Assembly (NCBI GenBank): GCA_965248835.1
Contig: CBDFLJ010000001.1
Coordinates: forward strand, 1,440,001-1,504,000
Length of the DNA stretch: 64,000 nucleotides
Reading direction: 5' to 3'
Source: Alphaproteobacteria bacterium
GTDB taxonomy: Bacteria; Pseudomonadota; Alphaproteobacteria; MPNO01
The position numbers were made by a program, and so were the translations under genes. Below are positions 26,429 to 36,991 of the stretch, piece by piece (position 1 is the stretch's first letter; each line of letters opens with the position of its first letter). The notes beneath the pieces are model-generated. The model had not been told where the DNA came from, made no database searches, and worked only from the letters and a program-made list of their open reading frames with translations.

Positions 26429-26653
26429 TCAGCCGATGCCGAGATTCTTGAAGCGCTTGTTGAACTTCGCGACCTGTCCGGCGCTGTCGACCAGACGCTG
26501 ATGGCCCCCGGTCCAGGCCGGATGGGTCCGCGGGTCGATGTCGAGCTTCAGCGTGTCGCCGGGCTGTCCCCAGGTCGATCGGGTCGTATAGGTCGTCCCG
26601 TCCGTCATGACCACGGTGATCTCGTGGTAGTCGGGGTGAGTGTCCTTTTTCAT
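26429..26653 (-). CDS. rpmE: 50S ribosomal protein L31
   Basis: [23 protein letters not shown]...L.LDIDP..HPAWTGG. Confidence 0.96.
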   Translation of the reverse strand: MKKDTHPDYHEITVVMTDGTTYTTRSTWGQPGDTLKLDIDPRTHPAWTGGHQRLVDSAGQVAKFNKRFKNLGIG

Positions 26654-26769
26654 CGACCCGTCTCCGCTGCGGCCGGGCGTATATAGGCGACCGGCACGGC
26701 GCTGGCAAGCCTGGGCGATACACCTCGCGCGCCCGATGCTGTATGGATTGCACCGATCTGGGAGGTGCG

Positions 26770-28584
26770 ATGGGCCGGAGCCATCGAATCGATTGGGCGG
26801 ATAGGCCGCGCGGCGCGACCGGCGCGTTGCGCGGGATTCTGCCCTATTTGGCAGCCTACAGGCTGCGCATCGCGGGCGCGGCCTGCGCGCTGACCGTCGC
26901 CGCGGCAACGGTGCTGGTGCTGGGCCAGGGGTTGCGGGCGCTTGTCGATGACGGTTTCGGCGGCGGTGACGCCGCCCTGCTCGACCGAGCCCTGGTCGGG
27001 CTGTTCGCGATCATTGCGCTGCTGGCGGGTGCGACCTATGGGCGGTTCTACCTGGTCTCCTGGGTCGGCGAGAAGGTGGTCGCCGACATCCGGCGCGACG
27101 TCTACCGCCGCGTGCTCGCGCTCAGCCCCGCGTTCTTCGAGGTCACCAAGGTGGGCGAGATCCTGTCCCGGCTGACCACCGATACCGCCACTGTGCAGGT
27201 CGTCGTCGGCTCTTCGATCTCGATCGCACTGCGCAACGTGCTGCTGTTCGCCGGCGGCACCGTGATGCTGGTCGTCACCAGCCCGCGGCTGGCCGGGCTG
27301 GTGGTGCTGATCGTCCCCGTGGTGGTGGTCCCGATCGTCTTTTTCGGGCGCCGCGTGCGCCGGCTGTCACGGACGAGCCAGGACCGCATCGCCGACCTCT
27401 CGGCCCATGGCGAGGAGACGTTGAACGCCATCCGCACCGTCCAGGCCTTCGGCCACGAGCCGGTCGACCGGCGCCGCTTCCAGGATCGGGTCGACGCGGC
27501 GCTTGCCGCGGCGCTTCGCCGCATCGCGGTGCGCGGCGCCCTGACCGCGTTCGTCGTGCTGACAGTGTTCAGCGCGATCGGGGTGATTCTGTGGATCGGC
27601 GGGCATGACGTGATGGCGGGCCGGCTGTCGGCCGGTGAGCTGTCGGCCTTCGTGTTCTATTCCGTCGTCGTCGCCGGGTCGGTCGGCGCGGTCAGCGAGG
27701 TTATCGGCGACATCCAGCGCGCGGCCGGCGCGACGGAGCGGCTGCTGGAACTGATCCGCGTCGAACCCGAGATTTCCGCCAAGCCCGACCCCGTAGCGCT
27801 GCCCGAGCCCGCCTCGGGGACCATTGCGTTCGAGGCGGTGAGATTCAGCTATCCGGCGCGCCTCGACCTGCCGGCGCTCGCCGACATCGATCTTTCGGTC
27901 GCCGCGGGCGAACGGGTTGCCCTGGTCGGGCCGTCGGGCGCCGGCAAGTCGACCGTCTTTCAGCTCTTGCTTCGGTTCTACGACCCGCAGTCGGGATCGA
28001 TCCGGATCGACGGGGTGGACTTGCGTGATGCCGATCCGGGTCAAATCCGCGAGCGCATCGGTCTGGTCCCGCAGGACCCGTTCATCTTCTCCGCCGATGC
28101 CTGGGAGAATATCGGCTACGGCCGGCCCGGGGCGAGCAAGGCGGATGTCCGCGCGGCCGCCGAGGCTGCGGCCGCGGCGGAGTTCCTCGATGCCCTGCCC
28201 GACGGGTTCGCGACGTTTCTGGGCGAGAAGGGCGTCCGGCTGTCCGGCGGGCAGCGCCAGCGCATCGCGATCGCGCGCGCGGTGCTGCGCGATCCCGCGA
28301 TCCTGCTGCTGGATGAGGCGACCAGCGCGCTGGACTCCGAAAGCGAGCGGCTGGTCCAGCAAGCGCTGCGCCGGCTGATGGCCGGTCGCACCTCGGTGGT
28401 GATCGCCCACCGGCTGTCGACCGTACAGGAGGCCGACCGGATCATCGTGCTCGACGGCGGGCGCATCCTGGCGACCGGCAGCCACGCAACCCTGATCGCG
28501 GAGGGCGGCCTCTATGCCCGGCTCGCCGCATTGCAGTTCGGCGGCCTCGGGGCGCCCGAGCCGTCCCGGCTCAGCGCTGTGTGA
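26770..28584 (+). CDS. ABC exporter, fused TMD-NBD (MsbA/ABCB-like)
   Basis: TM domain; [35 protein letters not shown]; GGAGG at 26761. Confidence 0.92.
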   Translation: MGRSHRIDWADRPRGATGALRGILPYLAAYRLRIAGAACALTVAAATVLVLGQGLRALVDDGFGGGDAALLDRALVGLFAIIALLAGATYGRFYLVSWVGEKVVADIRRDVYRRVLALSPAFFEVTKVGEILSRLTTDTATVQVVVGSSISIALRNVLLFAGGTVMLVVTSPRLAGLVVLIVPVVVVPIVFFGRRVRRLSRTSQDRIADLSAHGEETLNAIRTVQAFGHEPVDRRRFQDRVDAALAAALRRIAVRGALTAFVVLTVFSAIGVILWIGGHDVMAGRLSAGELSAFVFYSVVVAGSVGAVSEVIGDIQRAAGATERLLELIRVEPEISAKPDPVALPEPASGTIAFEAVRFSYPARLDLPALADIDLSVAAGERVALVGPSGAGKSTVFQLLLRFYDPQSGSIRIDGVDLRDADPGQIRERIGLVPQDPFIFSADAWENIGYGRPGASKADVRAAAEAAAAAEFLDALPDGFATFLGEKGVRLSGGQRQRIAIARAVLRDPAILLLDEATSALDSESERLVQQALRRLMAGRTSVVIAHRLSTVQEADRIIVLDGGRILATGSHATLIAEGGLYARLAALQFGGLGAPEPSRLSAV

Positions 28585-30016
28585 GCTTGAACTCGATTCG
28601 GCGGTTGAGCCGGAAGGCCCGGACGGTGTTGCTCCGGTCCAACGGCTGAAACTCGCCGAACCCGGTCGCGGCCAGCCGGTTGGGCGGCAGGCCGAGTTCG
28701 ATGAGCAACTTCACGACCGAGACCGCGCGCGCGGTCGACAGCTCCCAGTTCGATGGAAAGCTCGGAGTCGAGATCGGCAACCGGTCGGTATGCCCGTCCA
28801 CGCGCAGCACCCAGTTGAGGTCTTTGGGGATGCGCCCGGACAGTTCGATCAGCGTCCGGGCGAGCTGGCTGATCTGGCTGCGCCCCGATTGCTGCAGCGT
28901 CGCGGTTCCCGAGGGGAACAGGACCTCGGACTGGAAGACGAACCGGTCGCCCACGATGGTGATGTCCCGGCGGTTGCCGAGCGTCTGGCGCAGCCGGCCG
29001 AAGAACTCCGAGCGGAAGCTGGCGAGCTCCTGGACCTTTCTGGCCAACGCCGCGTTGAGGCGCTTCGACAGATTGACGATCTGAACGTTCTGCTGCTTCG
29101 ACTCGGCCTCGGAGGCTTCGAGTGCCGCGGCGATAAGGGTGAGTTGCTGGCGCAGGGCCGCGATCTGGAGATTGAGCAGACGCACCTCGTCGCGCGCCTT
29201 CTCGGACAGGGCCTGTTCTTCGACCAGCGCGGTTTCGGTCTCGCCGGCGCGCCCGAGCAGCGCCGCCAGCCGGATGTCCTTCTCTTCGATGGTCTTCTGG
29301 GCGAGCAAGGTGCGTTCGCGTTCGGAGGCGAGCTCGGCAGCGAGCGCCTTCGATCGGTCGCGCAGCGCGCCCACCTCCTCGGCTCGGTCCTGAAGGCTTG
29401 CCGCCTGCGCGGCGACCTTCTGCTCCAGCGCCTTGCGCACCGCGCTCAGCGCCTCGATGTCGCGCTCCAGGCTGGCGATCCGGCGAAGCTGGAGCTCGAT
29501 CCTGTCCTTGTCCGCGGCGATCGTCTTGTAGGCGTCCTCGAGCTCCCTGGCGGTGGCGGCCGACGTCCTGCTGGCCTCTTCGACGGCCAGCTTGAGCGCG
29601 TCGCGCTCGGCCTCGCGCTTGGCCAGAAGGCTGGAGAACGTCTCCACCTCCTTGGCCCGCTCGCTCAGCATCGCCTGCAGCATGTCCCGTTCGGGCATCA
29701 GCTCGGCGAGCTGGCTCGACAGCCGGTCGCGCTCGGCGGTCGTGGTCTCGAGCCGGATCGAAACCTGGGACAGCTTGTCCCTCAGATCGGTGTTTGTGGT
29801 CTGCTCGATCGACAGCATCTCGGCGAGCTGGTTGACTTGGCGGTTGAGCCGTTCGAGCGCCGCATCCCGCCCGCTCAGGATCTCGTTCAGCAAAAACTGT
29901 GCGATCGTGAAGACCATCAGGAGGAAGATGACGATGATCAGCAGCGCCGAGAGCGCGTCCACGAAGCCCGGCCAGATATCCGAACCGGCGCGTTGTCTTC
30001 GGCTGGCGGCAGGCAT
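28571..30016 (-). CDS. MotB/ZorB-like protein: single TM, long coiled coil, OmpA-like peptidoglycan-binding domain
   Basis: WPGFVDALS TM with conserved Asp; about 290 aa heptad region; VLF.SG, VDGHTD, NWELS.ARA, NRRIE. Confidence 0.88.
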   Translation of the reverse strand: MPAASRRQRAGSDIWPGFVDALSALLIIVIFLLMVFTIAQFLLNEILSGRDAALERLNRQVNQLAEMLSIEQTTNTDLRDKLSQVSIRLETTTAERDRLSSQLAELMPERDMLQAMLSERAKEVETFSSLLAKREAERDALKLAVEEASRTSAATARELEDAYKTIAADKDRIELQLRRIASLERDIEALSAVRKALEQKVAAQAASLQDRAEEVGALRDRSKALAAELASERERTLLAQKTIEEKDIRLAALLGRAGETETALVEEQALSEKARDEVRLLNLQIAALRQQLTLIAAALEASEAESKQQNVQIVNLSKRLNAALARKVQELASFRSEFFGRLRQTLGNRRDITIVGDRFVFQSEVLFPSGTATLQQSGRSQISQLARTLIELSGRIPKDLNWVLRVDGHTDRLPISTPSFPSNWELSTARAVSVVKLLIELGLPPNRLAATGFGEFQPLDRSNTVRAFRLNRRIEFKLTQR

Positions 30017-30032
30017 CCGGGCTCGCCCCGAC

Positions 30033-31172
30033 CTAGCGGACCGATTTCTCGGCGATCGCGGCCAGGGTTCGCGACAGCACCCGGATCTCCGTGCGCAGCT
30101 CCTGGACCATCTCGGTCCGGCCGGTCGCGAGCTCTTCGTGCAGCCGGGTCATGTGCACGTCGATGTTGCGCACATGGGCGCGCAGGTTGTCGTCGTTCAG
30201 CCCGCCGCCCAGGACGCTATCGGCAAGGCGCGACAGGACCGGCTTGAGCTCGACCTGGCTCTCGACGAGCTTCCTCATCAGCCCCTGCTCGGCGCGCATC
30301 TGGTCGGTCAGCGTCGACAGATTTTCCGACAACACGGTGATGCTGTTGTTAGCCGAGATCCGGCTTTCCTCGCCGCGGTCGAGCGTCCGCTGGAGATGCT
30401 CGAGGCTGTCGGCGGTCTGTTCGAGCAGCGCCTGGACATAGGCTGGCACGGACTGGTCGCCGTCGCTGGCCAGCGCACTGCTGGCGAGCTTGGTCTGGCC
30501 GGCCAGCCAATCCTCCAGATCGTTGTAGAACCGGTTCTGCGCCTGGCCGGCCTGGAGCTCCAGGAAGCCCAGCACCAGAGAACCGGCGAGGCCGAACAGC
30601 GAGGAGCTGAAGGCGGTGCCCATGCCGACCAGCGGCTCGCGCAGGCCCCGCTTGAGATCGGTGAGCACCGAGCTCAGCTCGCCGCCGCCGACGGTGAGCC
30701 CCGAGATCACCGAGCCGACCGACGTGATGGTCTGCAAAAGCCCCCAGAAGGTCCCCAGGAGGCCGAGGAATATCAGCAGCCCGATCATGTAGCGCAAGAT
30801 GTCGCGCTGCTCGTCGAGGCGGGCCGAGATGCCGTCCAGCAGCGAGCGCAAGGCAAGCGCGGACAGGCTGAAGCGATGGTTTCGCTCGCCCAGCATCGTC
30901 GCCATCGGCGCCAGCAGGCGCGGGGCTGCCTGGACCGAGATCCCCGGCCGCCCGGTGCGGAAGTTCTCGATCCAGTTGACCTCGCGGCCCAGCATGAGGA
31001 CCTGGCGGAACCCGTAGGCGATCCCCAACACCAGCACGCCGATGATCAGGCCGTTGAGCGCCGGGTTGGCGAAGAAAGCCCGCGCGAGGTCGTCGAACAG
31101 GACGGCAACGATCACCGCGACCGCGATGACGAACAGCAGCATGCGGGTCAGGTAGTGTCTGGGGCTGGTCAT
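30033..31172 (-). CDS. MotA/TolQ/ExbB-superfamily channel protein with C-terminal helical tail
   Basis: LGLLGTFWGL and GMGTAFSSSLFGLAGSL TM motifs; directly upstream of the MotB-like gene. Confidence 0.85.
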   Translation of the reverse strand: MTSPRHYLTRMLLFVIAVAVIVAVLFDDLARAFFANPALNGLIIGVLVLGIAYGFRQVLMLGREVNWIENFRTGRPGISVQAAPRLLAPMATMLGERNHRFSLSALALRSLLDGISARLDEQRDILRYMIGLLIFLGLLGTFWGLLQTITSVGSVISGLTVGGGELSSVLTDLKRGLREPLVGMGTAFSSSLFGLAGSLVLGFLELQAGQAQNRFYNDLEDWLAGQTKLASSALASDGDQSVPAYVQALLEQTADSLEHLQRTLDRGEESRISANNSITVLSENLSTLTDQMRAEQGLMRKLVESQVELKPVLSRLADSVLGGGLNDDNLRAHVRNIDVHMTRLHEELATGRTEMVQELRTEIRVLSRTLAAIAEKSVR

Positions 31173-31257
31173 CGCGTCGTCGTCATTCCGGGGGCAGCCA
31201 AGTCTTGGTGGCGCAAGCTCCGCGCGGCCTTGCGCGCGCAGCAACGGGGTCGGTCGC

Positions 31258-32100
31258 TCAGCGTCTGGTCACTACAACGTCCACGCGGTCCGGCGGCCCG
31301 TCCTGGTAGCGACTGCCCAGGGCCCGGATATCGATCCGCGTGCTCCGCACACCCTTGTCGATCAGATAGGAGCGGACCGACAGCGCCCGCGTGAGGGACA
31401 GGCGACGCGATTCGCGGGCAGTGCTATCGCGCCCGCCGGCATAGGCCAGGAGCTGCAGCCGGAGGCGCCCGTCGGACTTGAGGCCGTCGACGACGCGGTC
31501 GAGAGTCCGGCCCGCCCGCGTGTCGAGCTTGGAGGTGTCCGAGGCGAACCCCAGCCGGTAATGGCTGCCCGCCCCGAAGATCCTGGAGTCTTCATGGCCG
31601 CGCTTTGGCGCCGGCGGCACGGCGGCGGTGCGCATTGGCGCGGCCCTCGGCGCGCGCGCGTCCTGTTCGGGAGCCTCCCTTTTCCGGGCCGTGGCAGTCC
31701 CGAGGTCCGGGGGGGCGACCGCCGTTCGGAGCGGGGGCGCCGCCGATGCGATTGCCGCCCGCGGCGGCGGCTCCAACGGTGGCGGTGATCCGTAGATGGT
31801 CGGTTTGGGCTTGGGTTGCGGCACGGCCGCGGCGCGGTCCGCGGGCGGCGCGGGCTTGCGCTTCGGCACCGGCGGCCCGGCCCGAGGCATGCTGCCGATA
31901 GGCGGCTTGACGCGCGGCGGCCGGATGGACGACGACCGGGTCGGGGCGTGCGGCGCCTGAGGGCGGACAGTGGTGCGGACATCGACCGGCGGCGCCGCGG
32001 CGACAGCCAGTGCCGCCCACCACACCGTACCAGCCAACAGCCCGGCAGTTGCGGCCGACCGCATACCCAGGCTCCTACCCAGGCTCAAACGCAATGCCAT
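31258..32100 (-). CDS. Exported Pro-rich protein with C-terminal OmpA-like domain
   Basis: Signal-like segment, long Pro/Ala/Lys linker, QL.AYA...RRLSL.RAL.VRSYL...GV...RID.RALG..DRVD; start uncertain (32100 or 32064). Confidence 0.8.
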   Translation of the reverse strand: MALRLSLGRSLGMRSAATAGLLAGTVWWAALAVAAAPPVDVRTTVRPQAPHAPTRSSSIRPPRVKPPIGSMPRAGPPVPKRKPAPPADRAAAVPQPKPKPTIYGSPPPLEPPPRAAIASAAPPLRTAVAPPDLGTATARKREAPEQDARAPRAAPMRTAAVPPAPKRGHEDSRIFGAGSHYRLGFASDTSKLDTRAGRTLDRVVDGLKSDGRLRLQLLAYAGGRDSTARESRRLSLTRALSVRSYLIDKGVRSTRIDIRALGSRYQDGPPDRVDVVVTRR

Positions 32101-32235
32101 GGCGTTCCCTCTGGTCCCGCCGGGCAAGGCTCTGGCGGGCGATCGGCAGAAATCGGACAATACCGCAGGCCGTATCCCGTCACAATAATTTAGGACGCTG
32201 CGGGGCCTGCTTCCAGTCCTTGAAGCTCAAGACTT

Positions 32236-33051
32236 TCAGGCGGTTGGCGCGACTTCCGCGGACGCCAGCCCGGCGCGCAGCATCCGCAGGACCGGGGCGT
32301 GCAAGGGCTCGTTCGCGGCGACGATAGAGCCGCCATAGACCATTTTGTCCGCGCCGTCGATGTCGGTCGCAAACCCGCCCGCCTCGCGCACCAGGACGAT
32401 TCCGGCGGCGACGTCCCACGGCGACAGCCCGAACTCCCAGAACCCGTCATACCGGCCGGCGGCGACATAGGCGAGGTCGAGCGCCGCCGCGCCGAAGCGG
32501 CGGACCCCGGCAGTGCGCCCGAGCGTGATGTCGACGGTCGCAAGGAACGCATCCTTGCCCGGGGGGGCGCGGGAGGAAATGCCGGTGGCCAGCACCGCGT
32601 CCGCCAGATCGCGCCGGGAGGAGACGCGCAGACGGCGGCGGTTGAGATAGCAGCCCACCCCCTTTTCCGCCCAGAACATCTCGTCGCGCAACGGCTCGTA
32701 GACCACCCCGGCGGTCATTTCGCCGGCCTCCTCCAAAGCGATCGAGATCGCGAAGTGGGGGATCCCGTGCAGGAAGTTGGTCGTCCCGTCCAGCGGGTCG
32801 ACGATCCAGCGCCGGTCCGGATCCTCACCCACGCGCGCGCCGGTCTCTTCCATCAGAAAGCCGAAGCCTGGCCGCGCCTTGTGCAGCTCGGCGTGCAGCA
32901 TGCGCTCGGCCCGCCGGTCGGCTTCGGAGACGTAATCGGCCGGGCCCTTGCGCGAGACCTGCAGGTTCTCGACCTCACCGAAGTCGCGGATCAAACCCCG
33001 CGCGGCCTTGCGCGCGGCGGCCTCCATGACGTTGATTGTCGCAGACGGCAT
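32236..33051 (-). CDS. suhB: Inositol monophosphatase SuhB
   Basis: RDFGEVENLQVS.KGP.D, WIVDPLDGTTNF.HG.PHF, RR.GAAALDLAYVA.GR.DGFWE, PWD.AAG. Confidence 0.93.
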   Translation of the reverse strand: MPSATINVMEAAARKAARGLIRDFGEVENLQVSRKGPADYVSEADRRAERMLHAELHKARPGFGFLMEETGARVGEDPDRRWIVDPLDGTTNFLHGIPHFAISIALEEAGEMTAGVVYEPLRDEMFWAEKGVGCYLNRRRLRVSSRRDLADAVLATGISSRAPPGKDAFLATVDITLGRTAGVRRFGAAALDLAYVAAGRYDGFWEFGLSPWDVAAGIVLVREAGGFATDIDGADKMVYGGSIVAANEPLHAPVLRMLRAGLASAEVAPTA

Positions 33052-33092
33052 TCAGAGAAGTCCGAAACGCCGGGCGCGCACCGCCCGGCGGC

Positions 33093-33659
33093 TCAATCCT
33101 TGGCGCGCTCGACGTAGGTGCCTTCGCCGGTATTGACCACAATCCGCGTGCCGGTCTCGATATGGGGCGGCACCATCACCCGCTCGCCGTTCTCCAGGAT
33201 CGCGGGCTTGTAGGACGAGGACGCGGTCTGACCCTTGACCACGGGCTCGGCCTCGACAACCTCCATCACCACTTGGGCCGGAAGCCGGACGCTCACCGGG
33301 CTGCCCTCGATCAGATCGATGGTCAGCGCCATACCGTCCTGAAGATAGGGTGCCGCGCTGCCCAGCATGTCGGCCGCGACGTCGAGCTGGTCATAGGTGT
33401 CAGCGTCCATCAAGGTCACGGTATCCCCGTCGCGGTAGAGATAGGTGCAGGTCTTCTCGTCGACCATCAGCTTCTCGACCGATTCCTGGGTCCGGAACCG
33501 CTCGTTCGACTTGATGCCGGTCTTGACGTCGCGCATCTCGACCTGGACGAAGGCGCTGCCCTTGCCCGGCTGCAGGATCTGGATCTTGAGCACGCTCCAC
33601 TGCTTACCGTCATGTTCGATCACATGACCCGGACGGATCGTGTTCGCGTTTACCTTCAT
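33093..33659 (-). CDS. efp: Elongation factor P
   Basis: PGKG.AF loop, VKGQTASSSYKPA.LENG, VPP.I..G..I.V.T..G.Y.ERA; only the last 188 aa of the long listed ORF. Confidence 0.96.
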   Translation of the reverse strand: MKVNANTIRPGHVIEHDGKQWSVLKIQILQPGKGSAFVQVEMRDVKTGIKSNERFRTQESVEKLMVDEKTCTYLYRDGDTVTLMDADTYDQLDVAADMLGSAAPYLQDGMALTIDLIEGSPVSVRLPAQVVMEVVEAEPVVKGQTASSSYKPAILENGERVMVPPHIETGTRIVVNTGEGTYVERAKD

Positions 33660-33788
33660 TGCTGGTGCCGTGGTGCTCAGGATGGGCGGTCTCGCGGAAC
33701 CTAGCGATTTTGCGACCGCTGCGCAACGCGACGAGCCGGCCCCGGATCCGTTAAGATGACCGCCTGTTCCTCGTCGGGATGGAGACCG

Positions 33789-34838
33789 GTGCCGGGCAAT
33801 TTCATCAGGAACGACTGGTACGTCGCGGCCTTGTCCGCGGAGGTCGGCGACCGGCCGATCGGGTTCACCGTGCTGGGCGAGCCGATCGTGCTGTTTCGCG
33901 ACAGCGCCGGTGCCGTCGTCGCGCTCGAGGACCGCTGCGTGCACCGCCAGGCGCCCCTGTCGCTGGGCAGCGTGGTCGGCGACCGGCTGCAATGCGGCTA
34001 TCACGGCTTCACCTACGACCGCACCGGATCGTGCGTGCTGGTCCCGAGCCAGGACCGCGTCCCGCCGGGTGCGGCGGTGCGCGCCTATCCGGTCCGCGAG
34101 CGTCAGGGCATGATCTTCGTGTGGACCGGCGACCCGGCGTTGAGCGCGCAGCGTGCGCCCTATGACTTCCCCTATGCCGAGGGCGCGGGCTGGTCGCTCC
34201 ATTTCGAACGGCTCTACGGCCGGTTCGACTACCGGCTGCTGATCGACAACCTCCTGGACCTGACCCATCTCAGCTTCGCGCACAAGACCACCATCGGCTC
34301 GGCGGGGCTTGCCCGAGACGACGACACCAGGACCGAGCGGGACGGCGACAAGGTCCGCGTGAGCCGATGGATGCCCGATATCGAGCAGGCGCCGGCGCAT
34401 GTCGAGATCACCGGCCATCCCGGCCGGATCGACCGCTGGCAGGTCATCGAGTTCACGCCGCCCTGCTATATCTGGCTGCAGGTCGGCACCGCCAAGGCCG
34501 GGCGCGGCGGGCGCGGGGCGGCGCCCGAGGATACGCTGCTCGACCGCCATGCGCTGCACGTCATGACCCCGGAGACCGAGGCCAGCACCCACTACCTCTG
34601 GGTGATGGCCAACAAGGCTGGAACATTGTCGGCCGATCAGGAGCGCATTCTGCACGACCGCTCGATCCAGGCCTTCAACGAGGACATTGCGATCCTCGAG
34701 GGCCAGCAGAGCCGGCTCGACCCTGAGCGGGTCACCGTCGATGTCGGCGCCGATGCCGGCCAGATCGCCGGCCGCCGGCTGCTCGAAAAGCTGATCGCCG
34801 AGGACGCCGGCCGATCCGGCCTGGCTGGAACAGGCTAG
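33789..34838 (+). CDS. Rieske oxygenase alpha subunit, VanA/O-demethylase-like
   Basis: CxH..CxxH (DRCVHR, CGYHG), DNLLDLTHLSFAH, ED..ILE.QQ; GGAG then GTG 33789. Confidence 0.9.
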   Translation: MPGNFIRNDWYVAALSAEVGDRPIGFTVLGEPIVLFRDSAGAVVALEDRCVHRQAPLSLGSVVGDRLQCGYHGFTYDRTGSCVLVPSQDRVPPGAAVRAYPVRERQGMIFVWTGDPALSAQRAPYDFPYAEGAGWSLHFERLYGRFDYRLLIDNLLDLTHLSFAHKTTIGSAGLARDDDTRTERDGDKVRVSRWMPDIEQAPAHVEITGHPGRIDRWQVIEFTPPCYIWLQVGTAKAGRGGRGAAPEDTLLDRHALHVMTPETEASTHYLWVMANKAGTLSADQERILHDRSIQAFNEDIAILEGQQSRLDPERVTVDVGADAGQIAGRRLLEKLIAEDAGRSGLAGTG

Positions 34839-35851
34839 GCGTGCGGATCGGGGTGGCGGGCGCCGCGCCAATCGGTGATCTCGCTTCCTTGGCGGTAGAC
34901 CGGGCCGACCGGGACCTTGCCGTGACCGCCGGGGATGTCGAGCACGTAGGTCGGCATGCACAGCCCGGACAGCCTGCCCCGCAGCGCCCGCATGATCGCC
35001 TGGCCTGTCTCGACCGGGACCCTGAAGCGGGCGGTCCCGGGCGCAAGATCGGGATGGTGCAGGTAATAGGGCCTCACCCTGTGGCGCACCAGCTTGCGGA
35101 ACAGCGCCTCCAGGACCGCCGCGTCGTCGTTGACGCCACGCAGCAGGACGGTCTGGGACAGGAGCGGTAACCCGGCGTCGTGCAGCCGGGCGATCGCCGC
35201 GCAGGCCGTCGGATCGAGCTCCTCGGCGTGGTTGCAGTGAATCGCCATATAGACCGGCTTGCCGCACGCCAACGCCGCGATGCGCGCCGTCGAGATCAGC
35301 CGCGGCTCGGCCACCGGCACCCGGGTGTGGATGCGCACCACCTCGACATGGCCGATCGCATCGATCCGGTCGAGGACGGCGCGCAGCCGCCGCGGCGCGA
35401 GCGCCAGGGGATCGCCGCCGCTCAGGATCACCTCGCGGATCGTCGGGTGTGCGGCGATGTAACCGACCGCCGCATCGAGCGCCGCCGGACCCAGCACGCC
35501 GCCGCCTGGTCCGACCACCTCGCGCCGGAAGCAGAACCGGCAATAGACCGGACACACGGTGGAGGGCATCAGCAGCACCCGGTCGGGATAGCGGTGGACG
35601 ATGCCCGGCAGCGGGGAATGGGCCGAATCGCCGATGGGGTCTTCGCGCTCCGCCGGATCGCGCACCAGCTCGGCCGGGTCGGGCAGATATTGCAGCGCGA
35701 TCGGGTCGTCCTTGCGCCCGGGCGCGATCAGCCCCGCCACATGGGGTGTGACCGCCAGCGCGTACCGGGCCGCGACCGCCTCGGCATCGGCGACTGCTTC
35801 GGCCGGGATCAGCCCCGCCTCGTGCAGCGCGCGGCCGGTCGTCAGTGCCAT
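34835..35851 (-). CDS. epmB: EF-P beta-lysylation lysine 2,3-aminomutase (radical SAM)
   Basis: HRYPDR.L, CPVYCRFCFRR, SGGDPL, QTVLLRGVND, PYYLHHPD, DIPGG.GK. Confidence 0.9.
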   Translation of the reverse strand: MALTTGRALHEAGLIPAEAVADAEAVAARYALAVTPHVAGLIAPGRKDDPIALQYLPDPAELVRDPAEREDPIGDSAHSPLPGIVHRYPDRVLLMPSTVCPVYCRFCFRREVVGPGGGVLGPAALDAAVGYIAAHPTIREVILSGGDPLALAPRRLRAVLDRIDAIGHVEVVRIHTRVPVAEPRLISTARIAALACGKPVYMAIHCNHAEELDPTACAAIARLHDAGLPLLSQTVLLRGVNDDAAVLEALFRKLVRHRVRPYYLHHPDLAPGTARFRVPVETGQAIMRALRGRLSGLCMPTYVLDIPGGHGKVPVGPVYRQGSEITDWRGARHPDPHA

Positions 35852-35910
35852 CCTACCCCTCCGTGTGCGGATCGGGCATTATCGCGCCATGCTCGGCCGG
35901 GGGAAGAGTC

Positions 35911-36945
35911 ATGGTTGAGCCGCGCTGGTGGGACAAGGCCCGATACGCCGCCAGGCGGCCCAACCTGATCGTGCGCGCCCGCGTGATCGCCGCGGTCCGC
36001 CGCTTCTTCGCAGAGGCCGGGTTCGTCGAGGTCGAGACCCCGGCGCTCCAGGTCTCGCCGGGGCTGGAACCGCATCTGGACGCTTTCGAAACCGTGCTGC
36101 GCGAGCCGTTCCACGACGGCAGGGAGCGGCTGCTCCATCTGCACACCTCGCCCGAGTTCGCGATGAAGAAGCTGTTGGCCGCGGGCGAGCAGCGCCTGTT
36201 CCAGATCGCGCGGTGCTACCGCAACCAGGAGCGCTCGGCGACGCACCACCCCGAATTCACCATGCTGGAATGGTACCGCGCCGGTGCCAGCTACCGCCAC
36301 CTGATGACCGACTGCGAACGGCTGCTGGCGGCCTGCACCACCGGACTGCGAAGCGGCGACCGGACGGCGAACCCGGCCGCCCCGTGGACCCGTATCACCG
36401 TCACCGAGGCGTTCGAACGCCATGCCGGGATCGACCCGATGGCGCTGATGGACGACGATGTCGAGCCCACCCCCGGTCCGCTGATCGAGGCGGCGCGGGC
36501 CATCGGGGTCTGGGCCAACGACCGCGACCGCTGGGAGGATGCGTTCTTCCGCATCTTCCTCGCCGTCGTCGAGCCCGCGCTCGGCATCGGCGCACCGGCA
36601 ATCCTCTATGACTGGCCGGCGCCGATGGCCGCGTTGTCACGGCTCCATGCGGGCGGCAGGCTGGCCGAGCGGTTCGAGGTCTTCGCCTGCGGTCTGGAGC
36701 TCGCCAACGGATACACCGAGCTGACCGATCCGGTCGAGCAGCGCGCCCGGTTCGAGCGTGACCGAGTCAAGCGCGCGGCGCATTTCGGCGCTGCCTACCC
36801 GATCGACGAGGACTTCATGGCAGCGCTCGAATCGGGTCTTCCCGATTGCGCCGGCATTGCGCTGGGCATCGACCGCCTGGTGATGCTGGCGACCGGAGCG
36901 GGCCACATCGAGGATGTGCTCTGGGCGCCGGTCACGCCGGGCTAA
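35911..36945 (+). CDS. epmA: EF-P lysine aminoacylase (GenX/PoxA)
   Basis: EVETP, LHTSPEFAMKKLLA, RN.E.S..H.PEFTMLEWYR, AERFE, ELANG, GIALGIDRL. Confidence 0.95.
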   Translation: MVEPRWWDKARYAARRPNLIVRARVIAAVRRFFAEAGFVEVETPALQVSPGLEPHLDAFETVLREPFHDGRERLLHLHTSPEFAMKKLLAAGEQRLFQIARCYRNQERSATHHPEFTMLEWYRAGASYRHLMTDCERLLAACTTGLRSGDRTANPAAPWTRITVTEAFERHAGIDPMALMDDDVEPTPGPLIEAARAIGVWANDRDRWEDAFFRIFLAVVEPALGIGAPAILYDWPAPMAALSRLHAGGRLAERFEVFACGLELANGYTELTDPVEQRARFERDRVKRAAHFGAAYPIDEDFMAALESGLPDCAGIALGIDRLVMLATGAGHIEDVLWAPVTPG

Positions 36946-36991
36946 CGCCCGGATCCCGCCCCCAAACAACCCGGCCCCCGGCGAATCGTGA

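Noticed and set aside
26429-26653. Cys-free L31 as a zinc-starvation paralog
   Set aside because: Cys-free L31 is the normal alphaproteobacterial form, and it lies in a core locus
28571-31172. Zorya anti-phage system or flagellar stator
   Set aside because: No zorC/D/E or flagellar genes nearby, and the context is housekeeping; kept only as a motor of unknown function
33093-35555. 820-aa EF-P fusion
   Set aside because: Only the last 188 aa are EF-P; the rest overlaps the Rieske gene (antisense) and epmB (shadow frame)
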